Part shown: positions 18,669-28,028 of the stretch, one piece after another
Position numbering within the stretch: position 1 is the stretch's first letter
Layout: each line of letters starts with the position of its first letter
Source: an uncultured Candidatus Saccharibacteria bacterium
GTDB lineage: Bacteria; Patescibacteriota; Saccharimonadia; Saccharimonadales; Saccharimonadaceae
Assembly (NCBI GenBank): GCA_938042055.1
Contig: CALIRX010000007.1
Span: 1-45,964, forward strand
Direction: 5' to 3'
DNA length: 45,964 nucleotides
The notes under the pieces: model-generated
The model's input: only the letters and a program-made list of their open reading frames with translations
The model's database searches: none
What the model was told of the DNA's origin: nothing
Made by a program: the position numbers and the translations under genes

Positions 18669-20477
18669 ATGAAAAATAAGATTATAAAGAGTACTAAATT
18701 TGTTATTAGAGCAGCATTACATCCGTCGTACGGCAGTGAACAAGTGAGGTTGTTTCGCGATCGTAGATTTATTAATAAGAAACGATATGAAGATTATATT
18801 GAATGGTTTGATAAGCATAAAGTCACCGATGAGCAGCTTAAGTTACAAAGAAAATATTCCAAGGAATTTAAGCGACGTCCATTGATTAGTATTTTGTTAC
18901 CGACATACAATACAAATCCAGTATATCTGCGTGGCTGTATTGACTCTGTCCTATCTCAGAGTTATGACAACTGGGAGTTGTGTATTTCTGATGATAATTC
19001 TACTAGCGATCAAACAAAGAGTGTTATAAATGAATATGTAGAAAAGTATAATAATATTAAGGCTACATTTCGTAAAGAAAATGGTCATATATCAAAGTCA
19101 TCTAATACAGCTCTTTCGATGGCTAAGGGTGACTATATATCATTACTCGATCATGATGACATTTTACCTCCCAACGCCTTGTTTGAAGTGGTTGATGTTA
19201 TAAATAAAAATCCTGACGTAGATCTTATTTATACAGATGAAGACAAGATCGATAGTGACGGTATTCATATAGAACCATTTTTTAAACCTGACTGGAGTCC
19301 TGATTTTATGAATTCATGCAACATGGTAACGCATTTTGCTACCATAAAAGCAGGTGTAATTAGAAGTGTTAATGGATTTACCGTCGGAACACATGGCGCG
19401 CAAGATTGGGATTTATTTTTGAAGATTTCTGCTAAAACTAATAACATTTATCATATTCCGAAAATTTTATATCATTGGCGTAAATCTGAGACATCTACTG
19501 CTATGAATGCTGATAGTAAACCATATGCTTATATAAATCAAAAAAATGTCCTTCGTAGTAGTGTAAGGCAAAGAGGAGAAAATGCTTATATAGATTCTCA
19601 TGTTGCGTTAGGATTTTGGCGTAAAAAATATGTAATTCCGACAAACCCGTTGGTGTCAATTATCATACCAACCAAGGATAATTTTAGATATATAAAAAAG
19701 TGCATAGATTCAATTATTGAAAATACTTCGTATCCATATTTTGAAATAATAATTGTAGATACGGGATCTATAGATTCTCGAGTAAATGATTTTTATGAAA
19801 AATTGATAGATAATAATAGCAATGTGCATGTTATTAAATACAAGAAGAAATTCAATTTTTCAGATGCATGTAACTATGGTGTAAATAATTCTAGTGGAGA
19901 ATATCTACTATTCCTTAATAATGACACGGAGGTTATTACTCACGACTGGATTCAGTCATTGCTTGAGCATGCTCAGCGTCCAGAAATAGGGATGGTTGGA
20001 CCTAAGCTTATATTTGAGGATAAGACAATACAGCATGCTGGAATAGTCTTATCTGAAAGAGATATCGCATTCCATCCGTTTTATGGTCAAGATGAGCGTA
20101 CAGATATATTTACGTATATTTATACCGCCAATATTCGTAATGTATCGGCAGTAACTGGTGCTTGTTGTATGATTAGTCGTGATAAGTTCAACAAGGTGGG
20201 CGGGTTTGATAATAAACTTCGTATAACGTATAACGATGTAGATCTTAACCTTAAATTACGCAAAGAAGGCTATTATAATGTCTACACTCCATACGCAGAG
20301 TTATTCCATTATGAGTCTAAGAGTGTTGGTCGCATAAACACGAGTGAGAGAGACACTAGCGAACTAGAGAGTGCTCAAAAAGAGATGCGTAAGAGATGGG
20401 GCGAATACTTGAAGAGGGATCCATTCTATAATGATAATTTTGAGCAATTTGGTCCGGGATATAGGTTGCCTGAATAA
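18669..20477 (+). CDS. Two-domain GT2 glycosyltransferase
   Basis: ISILLPTYN...LDHDD...YTDEDK...GAQDWD...LYHWR, then VSIIIPTKD...LNNDTE...SAVTGAC...YNDVD...HYESKS. Confidence 0.92.
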   Translation: MKNKIIKSTKFVIRAALHPSYGSEQVRLFRDRRFINKKRYEDYIEWFDKHKVTDEQLKLQRKYSKEFKRRPLISILLPTYNTNPVYLRGCIDSVLSQSYDNWELCISDDNSTSDQTKSVINEYVEKYNNIKATFRKENGHISKSSNTALSMAKGDYISLLDHDDILPPNALFEVVDVINKNPDVDLIYTDEDKIDSDGIHIEPFFKPDWSPDFMNSCNMVTHFATIKAGVIRSVNGFTVGTHGAQDWDLFLKISAKTNNIYHIPKILYHWRKSETSTAMNADSKPYAYINQKNVLRSSVRQRGENAYIDSHVALGFWRKKYVIPTNPLVSIIIPTKDNFRYIKKCIDSIIENTSYPYFEIIIVDTGSIDSRVNDFYEKLIDNNSNVHVIKYKKKFNFSDACNYGVNNSSGEYLLFLNNDTEVITHDWIQSLLEHAQRPEIGMVGPKLIFEDKTIQHAGIVLSERDIAFHPFYGQDERTDIFTYIYTANIRNVSAVTGACCMISRDKFNKVGGFDNKLRITYNDVDLNLKLRKEGYYNVYTPYAELFHYESKSVGRINTSERDTSELESAQKEMRKRWGEYLKRDPFYNDNFEQFGPGYRLPE

Positions 20478-20495
20478 CGTTAACTATTAATTATA

Positions 20496-20532
20496 AATAG
20501 CCGCGATAGTAAGTTGTACTGTCGCGGCTATT
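20496..20532. terminator. Hairpin terminator between convergent genes
   Basis: AATAGCCGCGATAGTA-AGTTG-TACTGTCGCGGCTATT, a 16-bp stem with one G-U pair. Confidence 0.75.
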
Positions 20533-20536
20533 ATAC

Positions 20537-22234
20537 TTAGTATATTCCTGATGATGTAGATATGTGGCTGGCCCATGATTGTTGACCGTCGCCCCATCCA
20601 TGTACTTCGACGGTATTATTGGTTGTACCTCTGTATTTGACATAATAGATAGTGTCTTTTCCTCTTCCTTGCAAGTCGGCTGCTACTATGTCGTTTGATC
20701 CTATCACATAGCCAGATTCTGGGTAATTGCTTGCGGTGTGACGCACCCAGTTTTTTAATGAAGAATCCCACACGTGAAATTCGATAAGACCGCTCGTAGT
20801 ATTATCGTATTTAACATATATAAATTCATCTTTTTTATCTCCATCAAGATCTGCCGCAATAACTCTTCCTGTGTTCATGCTAGCTGAAGGGTGGCTTGTT
20901 GCTGTGTGTCTAAACCAACTAGTTCCATTATTATTCCAACCATGTACTTCAATCATGCCGGAATTAGTCTGCTCATAATTAATCAGATAATATTCGTCAT
21001 TACCATCGCCATCAGTATCTGCTGTTATAACTTCAGAAAATAGCGGATCAATAGGTCCGGCAGATGTTGCAGTGTGAGCTAGCCAACGCAATCCATCTTG
21101 AGTCCACGTATGAAACTCTACTCTACCACTTGCAGTTCCATTATAATCAACCTTTGTTAATACGGTATTTTTGCTATTAACCTTCCTTGATATAACCTTG
21201 CTGTACTGCTGATTAAAGGTGTATGAGTTTGTCGCTGTATGCTGAGACCATGCCTGTAAGTTACTATTGGCCCATGTATGCATTTCGGCACATTTACTGC
21301 CAGTATTATTAGGGACGGATATAGTTAAGGTGTCATTATTTCCATTTATCCTAGTTGGTATAATTCTAGCGCCAGTTTCTACGTTAGGTATATTCTGTCC
21401 GTTTTTACAAGAGAATGAACTGCTTGATCTGGTATCTCCAAACCAGTCTGTAAAGTAGTTATAAAAGTTACGATTACCATAGGCGCTACACCCATCACCT
21501 ACGCCATACCCAGATGACATAGCAGCGGCATTTGGTTGATATGGTGTATAACTATAAAGAGCGGCGGTTGTCCAATTCTGAATATTTACACTAGATCCTC
21601 CGCAAGCAGCATTTGGACTCCATTGAACGAAATTTACGCCTGTTGTATATGGTGAAAACCAATTAGGATTACGTGTTATTATGTAGTGAAAGTGTTTCGC
21701 TGCCCATTCTAGCTGGTTTTCTAGACCAAAATATTTACTATCACACGCGGCGGTGTCTGGACATCCATAGCCAGTTGCGCTTTTGAATTGCCCACGAGTT
21801 GGCCACGTGTCAGTAACTAGGGCTTGCTCTTTTTGGAGCAAAACTATTAAAAGCTGTGGGTTTACATGATATTTTTGAGAGACATCAAAGATTAATTGAG
21901 CAGCGCTTCTTCCATCTTTTGTTTTATAATCACGGAGACATGTGTATGGAGGACTATGCCACCCTTTCGATGCGGCATACTGGGCGTGAGTTATATCGGG
22001 TCTTCCAAACTCACTGGCTGGTTTGGCGCCATTTGTGTCACATTGGGGAACTTTACTATTTAAAAATGACTGAATTTGGTCTGCACTCATGGATCCGTAA
22101 TTTGTCGCTACGGCATCATCCATAATATTTCCTGGGTCAAAATCATTTAATACTGCAGATGCTGGCGTAGAAGATAATATCGTTCCTAAGCATATTGACG
22201 TAAGTATGCCTAATTTTAATATTAATTTCTTCAT
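20537..22234 (-). CDS. Secreted protein: lysozyme-like N-terminal domain plus about five ~55-aa FG-GAP/VCBS-like repeats
   Basis: Signal peptide; FDPGNIMDD...KYHVNPQLLIVLLQKEQ...GYGCPD...LYSYTP...YGNRNF domain; repeats with (SG)xxE[VFM]H[TGV]W and ADxDGDxxDE. Confidence 0.65.
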   Translation of the reverse strand: MKKLILKLGILTSICLGTILSSTPASAVLNDFDPGNIMDDAVATNYGSMSADQIQSFLNSKVPQCDTNGAKPASEFGRPDITHAQYAASKGWHSPPYTCLRDYKTKDGRSAAQLIFDVSQKYHVNPQLLIVLLQKEQALVTDTWPTRGQFKSATGYGCPDTAACDSKYFGLENQLEWAAKHFHYIITRNPNWFSPYTTGVNFVQWSPNAACGGSSVNIQNWTTAALYSYTPYQPNAAAMSSGYGVGDGCSAYGNRNFYNYFTDWFGDTRSSSSFSCKNGQNIPNVETGARIIPTRINGNNDTLTISVPNNTGSKCAEMHTWANSNLQAWSQHTATNSYTFNQQYSKVISRKVNSKNTVLTKVDYNGTASGRVEFHTWTQDGLRWLAHTATSAGPIDPLFSEVITADTDGDGNDEYYLINYEQTNSGMIEVHGWNNNGTSWFRHTATSHPSASMNTGRVIAADLDGDKKDEFIYVKYDNTTSGLIEFHVWDSSLKNWVRHTASNYPESGYVIGSNDIVAADLQGRGKDTIYYVKYRGTTNNTVEVHGWGDGQQSWASHISTSSGIY

Positions 22235-22821
22235 ATAGTTATTTCTCCTTCAGTATCTCCAGTCACGTTGTTGTCTTCATAATGAATGTTTATTGTCCAT
22301 TTTCCAGGTGACAATTGAGATAACGGAACGTTAAATCCTTTACAGCTAGACGTACTTGGCCCAGCCTGCAGCTCTACGCTATTGGAGTACGTTTGTCCGC
22401 TAATATTGTGCATTGATAACGTACATCTTCCGCTTGATGATATAGTTTGGATCAAACTACGGATATAAAGAGTGTTTGAATCTTTATCGACTGTTGTAGT
22501 TGTTATACTTACTCCAACTGTTGGTTTTTTTCCGTTGGATGATGGAGTCGGTTCTGGCGAAGGATCGCTTCCTTGTAGTGTTTTAGATTTTTGACCTGAT
22601 GACTCTTTTCCTGACTTATTGGATGCATCATTTAATGATCTTTTTTTTATGTCTTGACCAGCTGTTTTCTGTTCCTCGGTGACCGCGTTAAATTGATTCT
22701 GGATGAAGGGCCAGAACTTAAATTTATAGGAAATTAAGCCATAGCCTGTTATAGACAATAGTATAACAGCTATCAGAATCAATACTTTATTTTTTTTATT
22801 TTGTTTTTTCTGTATTTTCAT
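22231..22821 (-). CDS. Single-TM hypothetical protein with low-complexity linker and small Cys-containing beta domain
   Basis: Basic N-terminus, TM, Ser/Pro linker, GRCTL...SSCKGFNVP...LSPGKW; translationally coupled to the downstream secreted gene. Confidence 0.7.
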   Translation of the reverse strand: MKIQKKQNKKNKVLILIAVILLSITGYGLISYKFKFWPFIQNQFNAVTEEQKTAGQDIKKRSLNDASNKSGKESSGQKSKTLQGSDPSPEPTPSSNGKKPTVGVSITTTTVDKDSNTLYIRSLIQTISSSGRCTLSMHNISGQTYSNSVELQAGPSTSSCKGFNVPLSQLSPGKWTINIHYEDNNVTGDTEGEITI

Positions 22822-22874
22822 AATTGTTACCTAATCAACACTACTATAGCAGATATGGATAAAACGGTAAAGCT

Positions 22875-24878
22875 TTAAAAAGTTCTTTTATAGAATAAAA
22901 TATCTCCATTATGTACAGTGACTTTATCGATTAGTTCATAGCAAGGTAGCTGTAGTGGCGTCGTAGATAATACACGAGTAACAGATTTTCCTATATGATT
23001 ACTACAACTCAATTTTGCAATAAATACATCCGGCTGAATAAGTACGAGATCTTTATCTATGGTGTCAGATAGAAGTATATGTGCATACCTGTTATAAATT
23101 GTCCTATCTTTTGATACTTTTGACCAGAAATCTTTATCAGGGTAAGTATTGACTCCCGTAATTGATTTTCTATTTGCCATTTGAGGGAAATTTTCTAGCA
23201 CGCTTGTGCCAGACAGTCCCCATGTGTCGTCACTAGACGAGGTAGAGATAATCTTTTTGATTATAATATTATCGTTATATCCGCTTCCTAGACCTCTATA
23301 TAACGGCTGTATAGTTATTGTCGACATAATACATAAAGAAGAAAGCACTAACAGTCCAAGTTTTTCCTTTTTTATAAATATAAGGGCTAGTCCACCAGAA
23401 AGGCTTATTGCGGCTAATAATAATACGCGAAGATCTCCGGCAAAGTTACGATTGAACTTTACGACATATACGATGGTGCAGACGTAAATGATAATCACTA
23501 TTGTTGAATATAGATATGGTAAATAGCGATATTGTGATGAAAATTTTATAGTATTGGCAAGCGTGTATATTAATGAAAAGATTCCTATAAAACCTAATCC
23601 AAGTTGCAATCTTGTTATCGGTACAAGATGCATCATGAAAGGCTTTGCTATTGAAGAGAATCCTGGAATAAATAAATGAGATATGAATATTAAGCAGGAG
23701 ACAAAAATAGCAACTCCAACCCAATCTATAGTTTTATTTTTACGCCATTTGCTATATAAAATAAACAGTATAGGAATGATAAATGCAAAAGGCGTGATAA
23801 TGAATGCAGACATTTCACTTTGATTGATGGATCCTTTACTTGGATCTATCGATGAAATGGATGCGCCATCCATAAGTCGGTATTGACTATAGCCAGTGAG
23901 ACCGATTAGATCAGCCTGTGATGGAGCTCCCGAATGTACGAATCGTGCCCCGGGATAATCTGTACCAGAAATGGCTTGTACGGCATCTATTCTGGTGATT
24001 AAAAATATACCAACTATGCCGATCGCTGCTAGAGCGGATCCTACTATGAATGCTGTATTTACATATAGTATTTTTCGTACTTTTTTGGGTGCTTTTTTCC
24101 AAGTATTTATATAATAGCCAATCGCCACTAGAAATACAGTGATGATAACAGGTATCTGAAAGGCTGGGTACAATAGTAGGGCGAAGCTTACCATTGAATA
24201 GGTTAATAAAAGTGATAGTGTGAGTTTCGATATTATATCACCATGTTTATATCTCTTTAAAAAAGATAAAGATTTATTTTCTATTAATTTCATTATTAAT
24301 AGCAGTATGACAATTCCCCAGACAATACTCATTATGGTAATGGTTTGGTACCACCAGAATATAAAAGGGGTAAAAGAGCCTATGATAGCGATAGATCCCG
24401 ATAATACGTATTTATTGGGAAGAAATTTTAACGATAGAAAGTATATGCTTAATAGCAATGATGCTAGTAATAGCCACCACTTAAAGGCAAAAGCAAACTC
24501 GAAAGGAACTATTAAAAAGGCAAGATTTTGAGGTCGGAATATTGTTGACCATTCTTTGTATGGTGCATCAGATATAAGGCTCATATTCTTGCCAGAATTG
24601 CCAAAGTTCTTGTTGATTAGTGGATATCCAGCTTCTTTTTGTGCAATTGTGAATTGTGTAACGACTAGCCACTCGTCGCTGCGAATAGGTCGAGCTTCGC
24701 CTGATATGAGATTAGATGATTTACCATTAAGGAAAGAGTCATAGTATAAGCCAAATGAAGATCCAGATATCTTAAATCCTGTCGCAAAAATTAAACAAAA
24801 GATAATAGTAGACGGGAAAATCCATTTTTTATAAGAATCGTCTTTTAATTTTGTAAAAATAGAACGTAGAGCTTGCAT
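22875..24878 (-). CDS. Polytopic membrane protein with RPIRSDEW motif; putative GT-C-fold glycosyltransferase
   Basis: More than 10 TMs, acidic DE pair in the first external loop, YPAFQIP, YPGAR, YNRYAH. Start moved to ATG 24878 because TATACT lies 10 nt upstream and the longer ORF overlaps a divergent gene. Confidence 0.6.
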   Translation of the reverse strand: MQALRSIFTKLKDDSYKKWIFPSTIIFCLIFATGFKISGSSFGLYYDSFLNGKSSNLISGEARPIRSDEWLVVTQFTIAQKEAGYPLINKNFGNSGKNMSLISDAPYKEWSTIFRPQNLAFLIVPFEFAFAFKWWLLLASLLLSIYFLSLKFLPNKYVLSGSIAIIGSFTPFIFWWYQTITIMSIVWGIVILLLIMKLIENKSLSFLKRYKHGDIISKLTLSLLLTYSMVSFALLLYPAFQIPVIITVFLVAIGYYINTWKKAPKKVRKILYVNTAFIVGSALAAIGIVGIFLITRIDAVQAISGTDYPGARFVHSGAPSQADLIGLTGYSQYRLMDGASISSIDPSKGSINQSEMSAFIITPFAFIIPILFILYSKWRKNKTIDWVGVAIFVSCLIFISHLFIPGFSSIAKPFMMHLVPITRLQLGLGFIGIFSLIYTLANTIKFSSQYRYLPYLYSTIVIIIYVCTIVYVVKFNRNFAGDLRVLLLAAISLSGGLALIFIKKEKLGLLVLSSLCIMSTITIQPLYRGLGSGYNDNIIIKKIISTSSSDDTWGLSGTSVLENFPQMANRKSITGVNTYPDKDFWSKVSKDRTIYNRYAHILLSDTIDKDLVLIQPDVFIAKLSCSNHIGKSVTRVLSTTPLQLPCYELIDKVTVHNGDILFYKRTF

Positions 24879-25015
24879 AACATTCATTAGTATACAGTAA
24901 AAATAGCAAGTATAAAAATTGTGTTTTTTTGAGAACAAGTCTAAAAAACGAAAAATAAAAAATGAGTGATGCGCTATCTTTGTTAAAGATAGTAAGAATG
25001 TAAGGAGGTTACGTA

Positions 25016-25165
25016 ATGATAAACATCGCATCACCCGTTATAGAGGAAGAGGAGCGTCGGGCTGTAAATGAAGTTATAGAGTCAGGTATACTGGCTCAGG
25101 GTCCAAAAGTCGCTGAGCTTGAAGAAAGCTGGGCTAAATATTGGTTTGCAAGGGAGGTATTTTAA
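25016..25165 (+). pseudogene. 5' remnant of a DegT/DnrJ/EryC1/StrS sugar aminotransferase
   Basis: SD AAGGAGG 25002-25008; manual translation MINIASPVIEEEERRAVNEVIESGILAQGPKVAELEESWAKY then WFAREVF-stop. The family is normally several hundred aa long. Confidence 0.85.
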
Positions 25166-25332
25166 TACCTTTTCTAATACTGCTATATCCATTATTTATT
25201 AGGTTACGAAAATATATAAAAGTAGATACAAGCAATAAATATTTTTGTAGTTTTTTAATTTTGTTTTTTATGTGCTTTATGTTAGCTTTTTATACTGTTC
25301 AAACGATTTACTATAATGTACGGGTTACTTAA
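25140..25332 (+). pseudogene. 3' remnant of a DUF2142-like (GacL/WpsJ-type GT-C) membrane protein, frameshifted
   Basis: IGLQGRYF from 25140, then after one extra base IPFLILLYP...FLILFFMCFMLAFYTVQTIYY. This matches the QGRYxxP C-terminal motif plus last TM as recalled for the family. Confidence 0.6.
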
Positions 25333-25445
25333 TTGTAAGGAACTAAACGAGTAGTAATAGTTGATCATATAACTAATGACAATGAGGGGCTATTTATGTA
25401 AAAATTATCAAATATGATATTATATGATTAAGTAAATGGGGGTTT

Positions 25446-26588
25446 ATGACTAAGAAGATATTAATATATACAGGGTATTTTATTCCGCACCTGGGTGGCG
25501 TGGAAAGATATGTAGATAAATTAACAAGTGCTTTGGAGAAGATAGGGTATCAATGCACAATAGTAACTACTGCACACGATAATAGCTTACCCTCCAAAGA
25601 GACGATAGGCAGCAGAACTATATATCGATTACCTACGCATAATATTTTTAAACAGAGATACCCAATCATTAATAAACGTAAGAGTGCTAGTATTATTTCA
25701 GATATTGATTTTAATAGTTTTAGCTTTTGTATAGTTAATACCAGATTTCATCTAACAAGTCTTCTAGGTGCCAGGTTGGCAAAAAAGCATGGGATAAAGG
25801 TTGCTCTTATAGAACATGGAACTGCTCATTTTTCGGTTGGGAATAAACTTCTTGATTTTTTTGGGTTAATATACGAACATGTTTTGACTGCAATTATTAA
25901 GCAGTATGTTGACTACTACTATGGCGTATCGCAAAATTGTAATAAGTGGTTGAAACATTTTGGCATATCTGCAGAAGGTGTTTGGTACAATGCAATTGAC
26001 TCGAAGGATAAGTTGCTGGCGACTAATAAATATGATTATTTTGATAAGCGAGAAATCATAGTTACATATGCTGGGCGTATTATAAAAGAAAAAGGAATCA
26101 TCAATCTACTTAAGGCATTTGATAAGGTCAGAAGCGAGATGTCAAATCAAAAAATTCGGCTAGTTATTGCCGGTGATGGTCCTTTAAAAGATGAGCTTGA
26201 GTCTAGATATTTAGATGATAGTTCTATACAATTTTTAGGTAAAATAAATTTTAGTGATATCCTATCTCTCTTTAAGCGTACTGATATATTTGTTCACCCG
26301 TCACTCTATCCTGAAGGGCTACCTACGGCCATATTAGAGGCTGGATTGATGCGAACGGCTATTATTGCCACTCCTAGAGGGGGGACGGAAGAAGTGATTA
26401 TTGACAAGCGCCATGGTATAATAGTTGACGGTAGTGTGGATAGTTTAAAGATTGCTCTAATGGAAATGGTACAGAATGAGTCTATGCGCAAAAAAAGTGC
26501 AGATAATGTAAAGAAGAGAATAGAGAGTGTTTTTAGTTGGCAGTCGGTGGCGAAATGCGTTGATAATAAAATCAAGGAGAGTATATAG
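25446..26588 (+). CDS. GT4 glycosyltransferase
   Basis: PHLGGVERY, YAGRIIKEKG, IAGDGP, PSLYPEGLPTAILEA. Confidence 0.92.
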   Translation: MTKKILIYTGYFIPHLGGVERYVDKLTSALEKIGYQCTIVTTAHDNSLPSKETIGSRTIYRLPTHNIFKQRYPIINKRKSASIISDIDFNSFSFCIVNTRFHLTSLLGARLAKKHGIKVALIEHGTAHFSVGNKLLDFFGLIYEHVLTAIIKQYVDYYYGVSQNCNKWLKHFGISAEGVWYNAIDSKDKLLATNKYDYFDKREIIVTYAGRIIKEKGIINLLKAFDKVRSEMSNQKIRLVIAGDGPLKDELESRYLDDSSIQFLGKINFSDILSLFKRTDIFVHPSLYPEGLPTAILEAGLMRTAIIATPRGGTEEVIIDKRHGIIVDGSVDSLKIALMEMVQNESMRKKSADNVKKRIESVFSWQSVAKCVDNKIKESI

Positions 26589-27649
26589 TGTCTAAAGCGG
26601 TAAAGTTCGTAATAGTTGGTGCTGGAAATATATCAAATACAAGACATATCCCAGCACTCAAGAAAATCAAGAATGCTGAGATATTTGGTGTTATAAGTAA
26701 TAAAATAGAGCGAGCCAGAAAGACAGCTAAAAAACACAATATTCCTCACGTGTCTCAAATAAAAGAATCTTCTGACGGTTTAGTTGTGGTTAATGCTGAT
26801 TGGATGAATGATGCTGATGCCTGGGTGATAGGTGCTCCTCCACACCTTCATTATCCATTGGTTAAATTGGGTTTATCTCTTGATAAGCATGTACTCGTAG
26901 AGAAGCCAATGATGATGAATGAAGGTGAATGCAACGAGTTGATAAAACTGGCTAAGAGTAAGAATAAAGTGTTCTATGTTATGCATAACTTCCAGTATGC
27001 AAATAAGATGCTAAAACTAAATGACATTATTGAGTCTAAAAAACATGGTGAAGTGGTGTCTATTACTGAAGTACAGTTTACTAATCATGACCGTCGACTG
27101 CCAGAGTGGTATAATGATTTACCTTTGGGTCTGTTTTATGATGAGGCTGCTCATTTCTTGTATCTTCCAGAGAGACATGTTGGCAAGTTGCAAATACAGC
27201 ATGCACATGCGGTGTATGGTAACGCTAAGAAGGAGACCACTCCAGTAACTCTTTCGGTCAATGCTATGGCGGGTAAAGTTCCATTAACAATGTTCTTAAA
27301 TTTCCGCTCACCAGTGTGTGAATGGTATTATATGGTATCCTTCAAGAAAGATATTTACATCTACGATTTCTTTAAAGATATCCTAATTCACCTGCCAACA
27401 GACGGAGAACATCTTGGTAAAGATGTGTTGCGTAGCTCGATAAAGTATACGACTCAATATTGGGGGCAATTTATAGCTAACGGTATGCGCATGGTGATAG
27501 GAGATCTGTTGTATGGTCACGATAAGGTATTAAGTAGTTTCACGTCTGCAATTGTCGACGGCAATGTTGATAAGTTTTTGACAGCTGAAAATGGTAAGAT
27601 AAATGTAGCTGCTGCCAATTCTATAATTGATAAGGTCAATAAGCGATAG
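26588..27649 (+). CDS. Gfo/Idh/MocA-family NAD-dependent oxidoreductase (nucleotide-sugar dehydrogenase-like)
   Basis: IVGAGNIS..HIPAL, KHVLVEKPM, GLFYDEAAH. Confidence 0.9.
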   Translation: MSKAVKFVIVGAGNISNTRHIPALKKIKNAEIFGVISNKIERARKTAKKHNIPHVSQIKESSDGLVVVNADWMNDADAWVIGAPPHLHYPLVKLGLSLDKHVLVEKPMMMNEGECNELIKLAKSKNKVFYVMHNFQYANKMLKLNDIIESKKHGEVVSITEVQFTNHDRRLPEWYNDLPLGLFYDEAAHFLYLPERHVGKLQIQHAHAVYGNAKKETTPVTLSVNAMAGKVPLTMFLNFRSPVCEWYYMVSFKKDIYIYDFFKDILIHLPTDGEHLGKDVLRSSIKYTTQYWGQFIANGMRMVIGDLLYGHDKVLSSFTSAIVDGNVDKFLTAENGKINVAAANSIIDKVNKR

Positions 27650-27999
27650 ATGAATATATTTCTGATAATTGCGTATGTTGTAGCGGCGGTTAGTGGATCA
27701 ACATTAATAAAATTAGGAGGATTGTCAGCGGGTTCAGCTCATTTACTTACAATTCCTTATACTAATTTACATCTTCCTATAATGAGCCTGTTTGGTATAT
27801 TGTTTTACGGGGTAAGTTTCTTTTTATATTAAACAGGTTTGAACTATCATTTATTTCACCGCTAACGATAGGACTAGTCTACCTGTTGCTTATGTTAACA
27901 GCTGTAGTAATTTTTAACGAAAGCTTTACTATAATTAAAACTATCGGCTGTATATTAATATTAGTTGGTGTTTTGATGATTGCTGCGACTAATAAATAG
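27650..27999 (+). pseudogene. Frameshifted SMR/EamA (ArnE/ArnF-like) 4-TM flippase
   Basis: The ORF stops at 27832 after ...YGVSFFLY. The protein continues in another frame from 27829: LNRFELSFISPLTIGLVYLLLMLTAVVIFNESFTIIKTIGCILILVGVLMIAATNK-stop. Confidence 0.8.
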
Positions 28000-28028
28000 A
28001 ATAGGATATAGGGAAGTATTAATAAAAA

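Noticed and set aside
5521..22797. A8/T8 homopolymers (5521-5528, 22641-22648, 22790-22797) as phase-variation tracts
   Set aside because: Runs of this length are expected in AT-rich, Lys-rich genes, and the frames are intact.
24879..25034. N-terminal 52 aa of the 719-aa ORF as given in the track
   Set aside because: It crosses an AT-rich promoter region and the divergent DegT remnant; ATG 24878, with a -10 element upstream, is more plausible.
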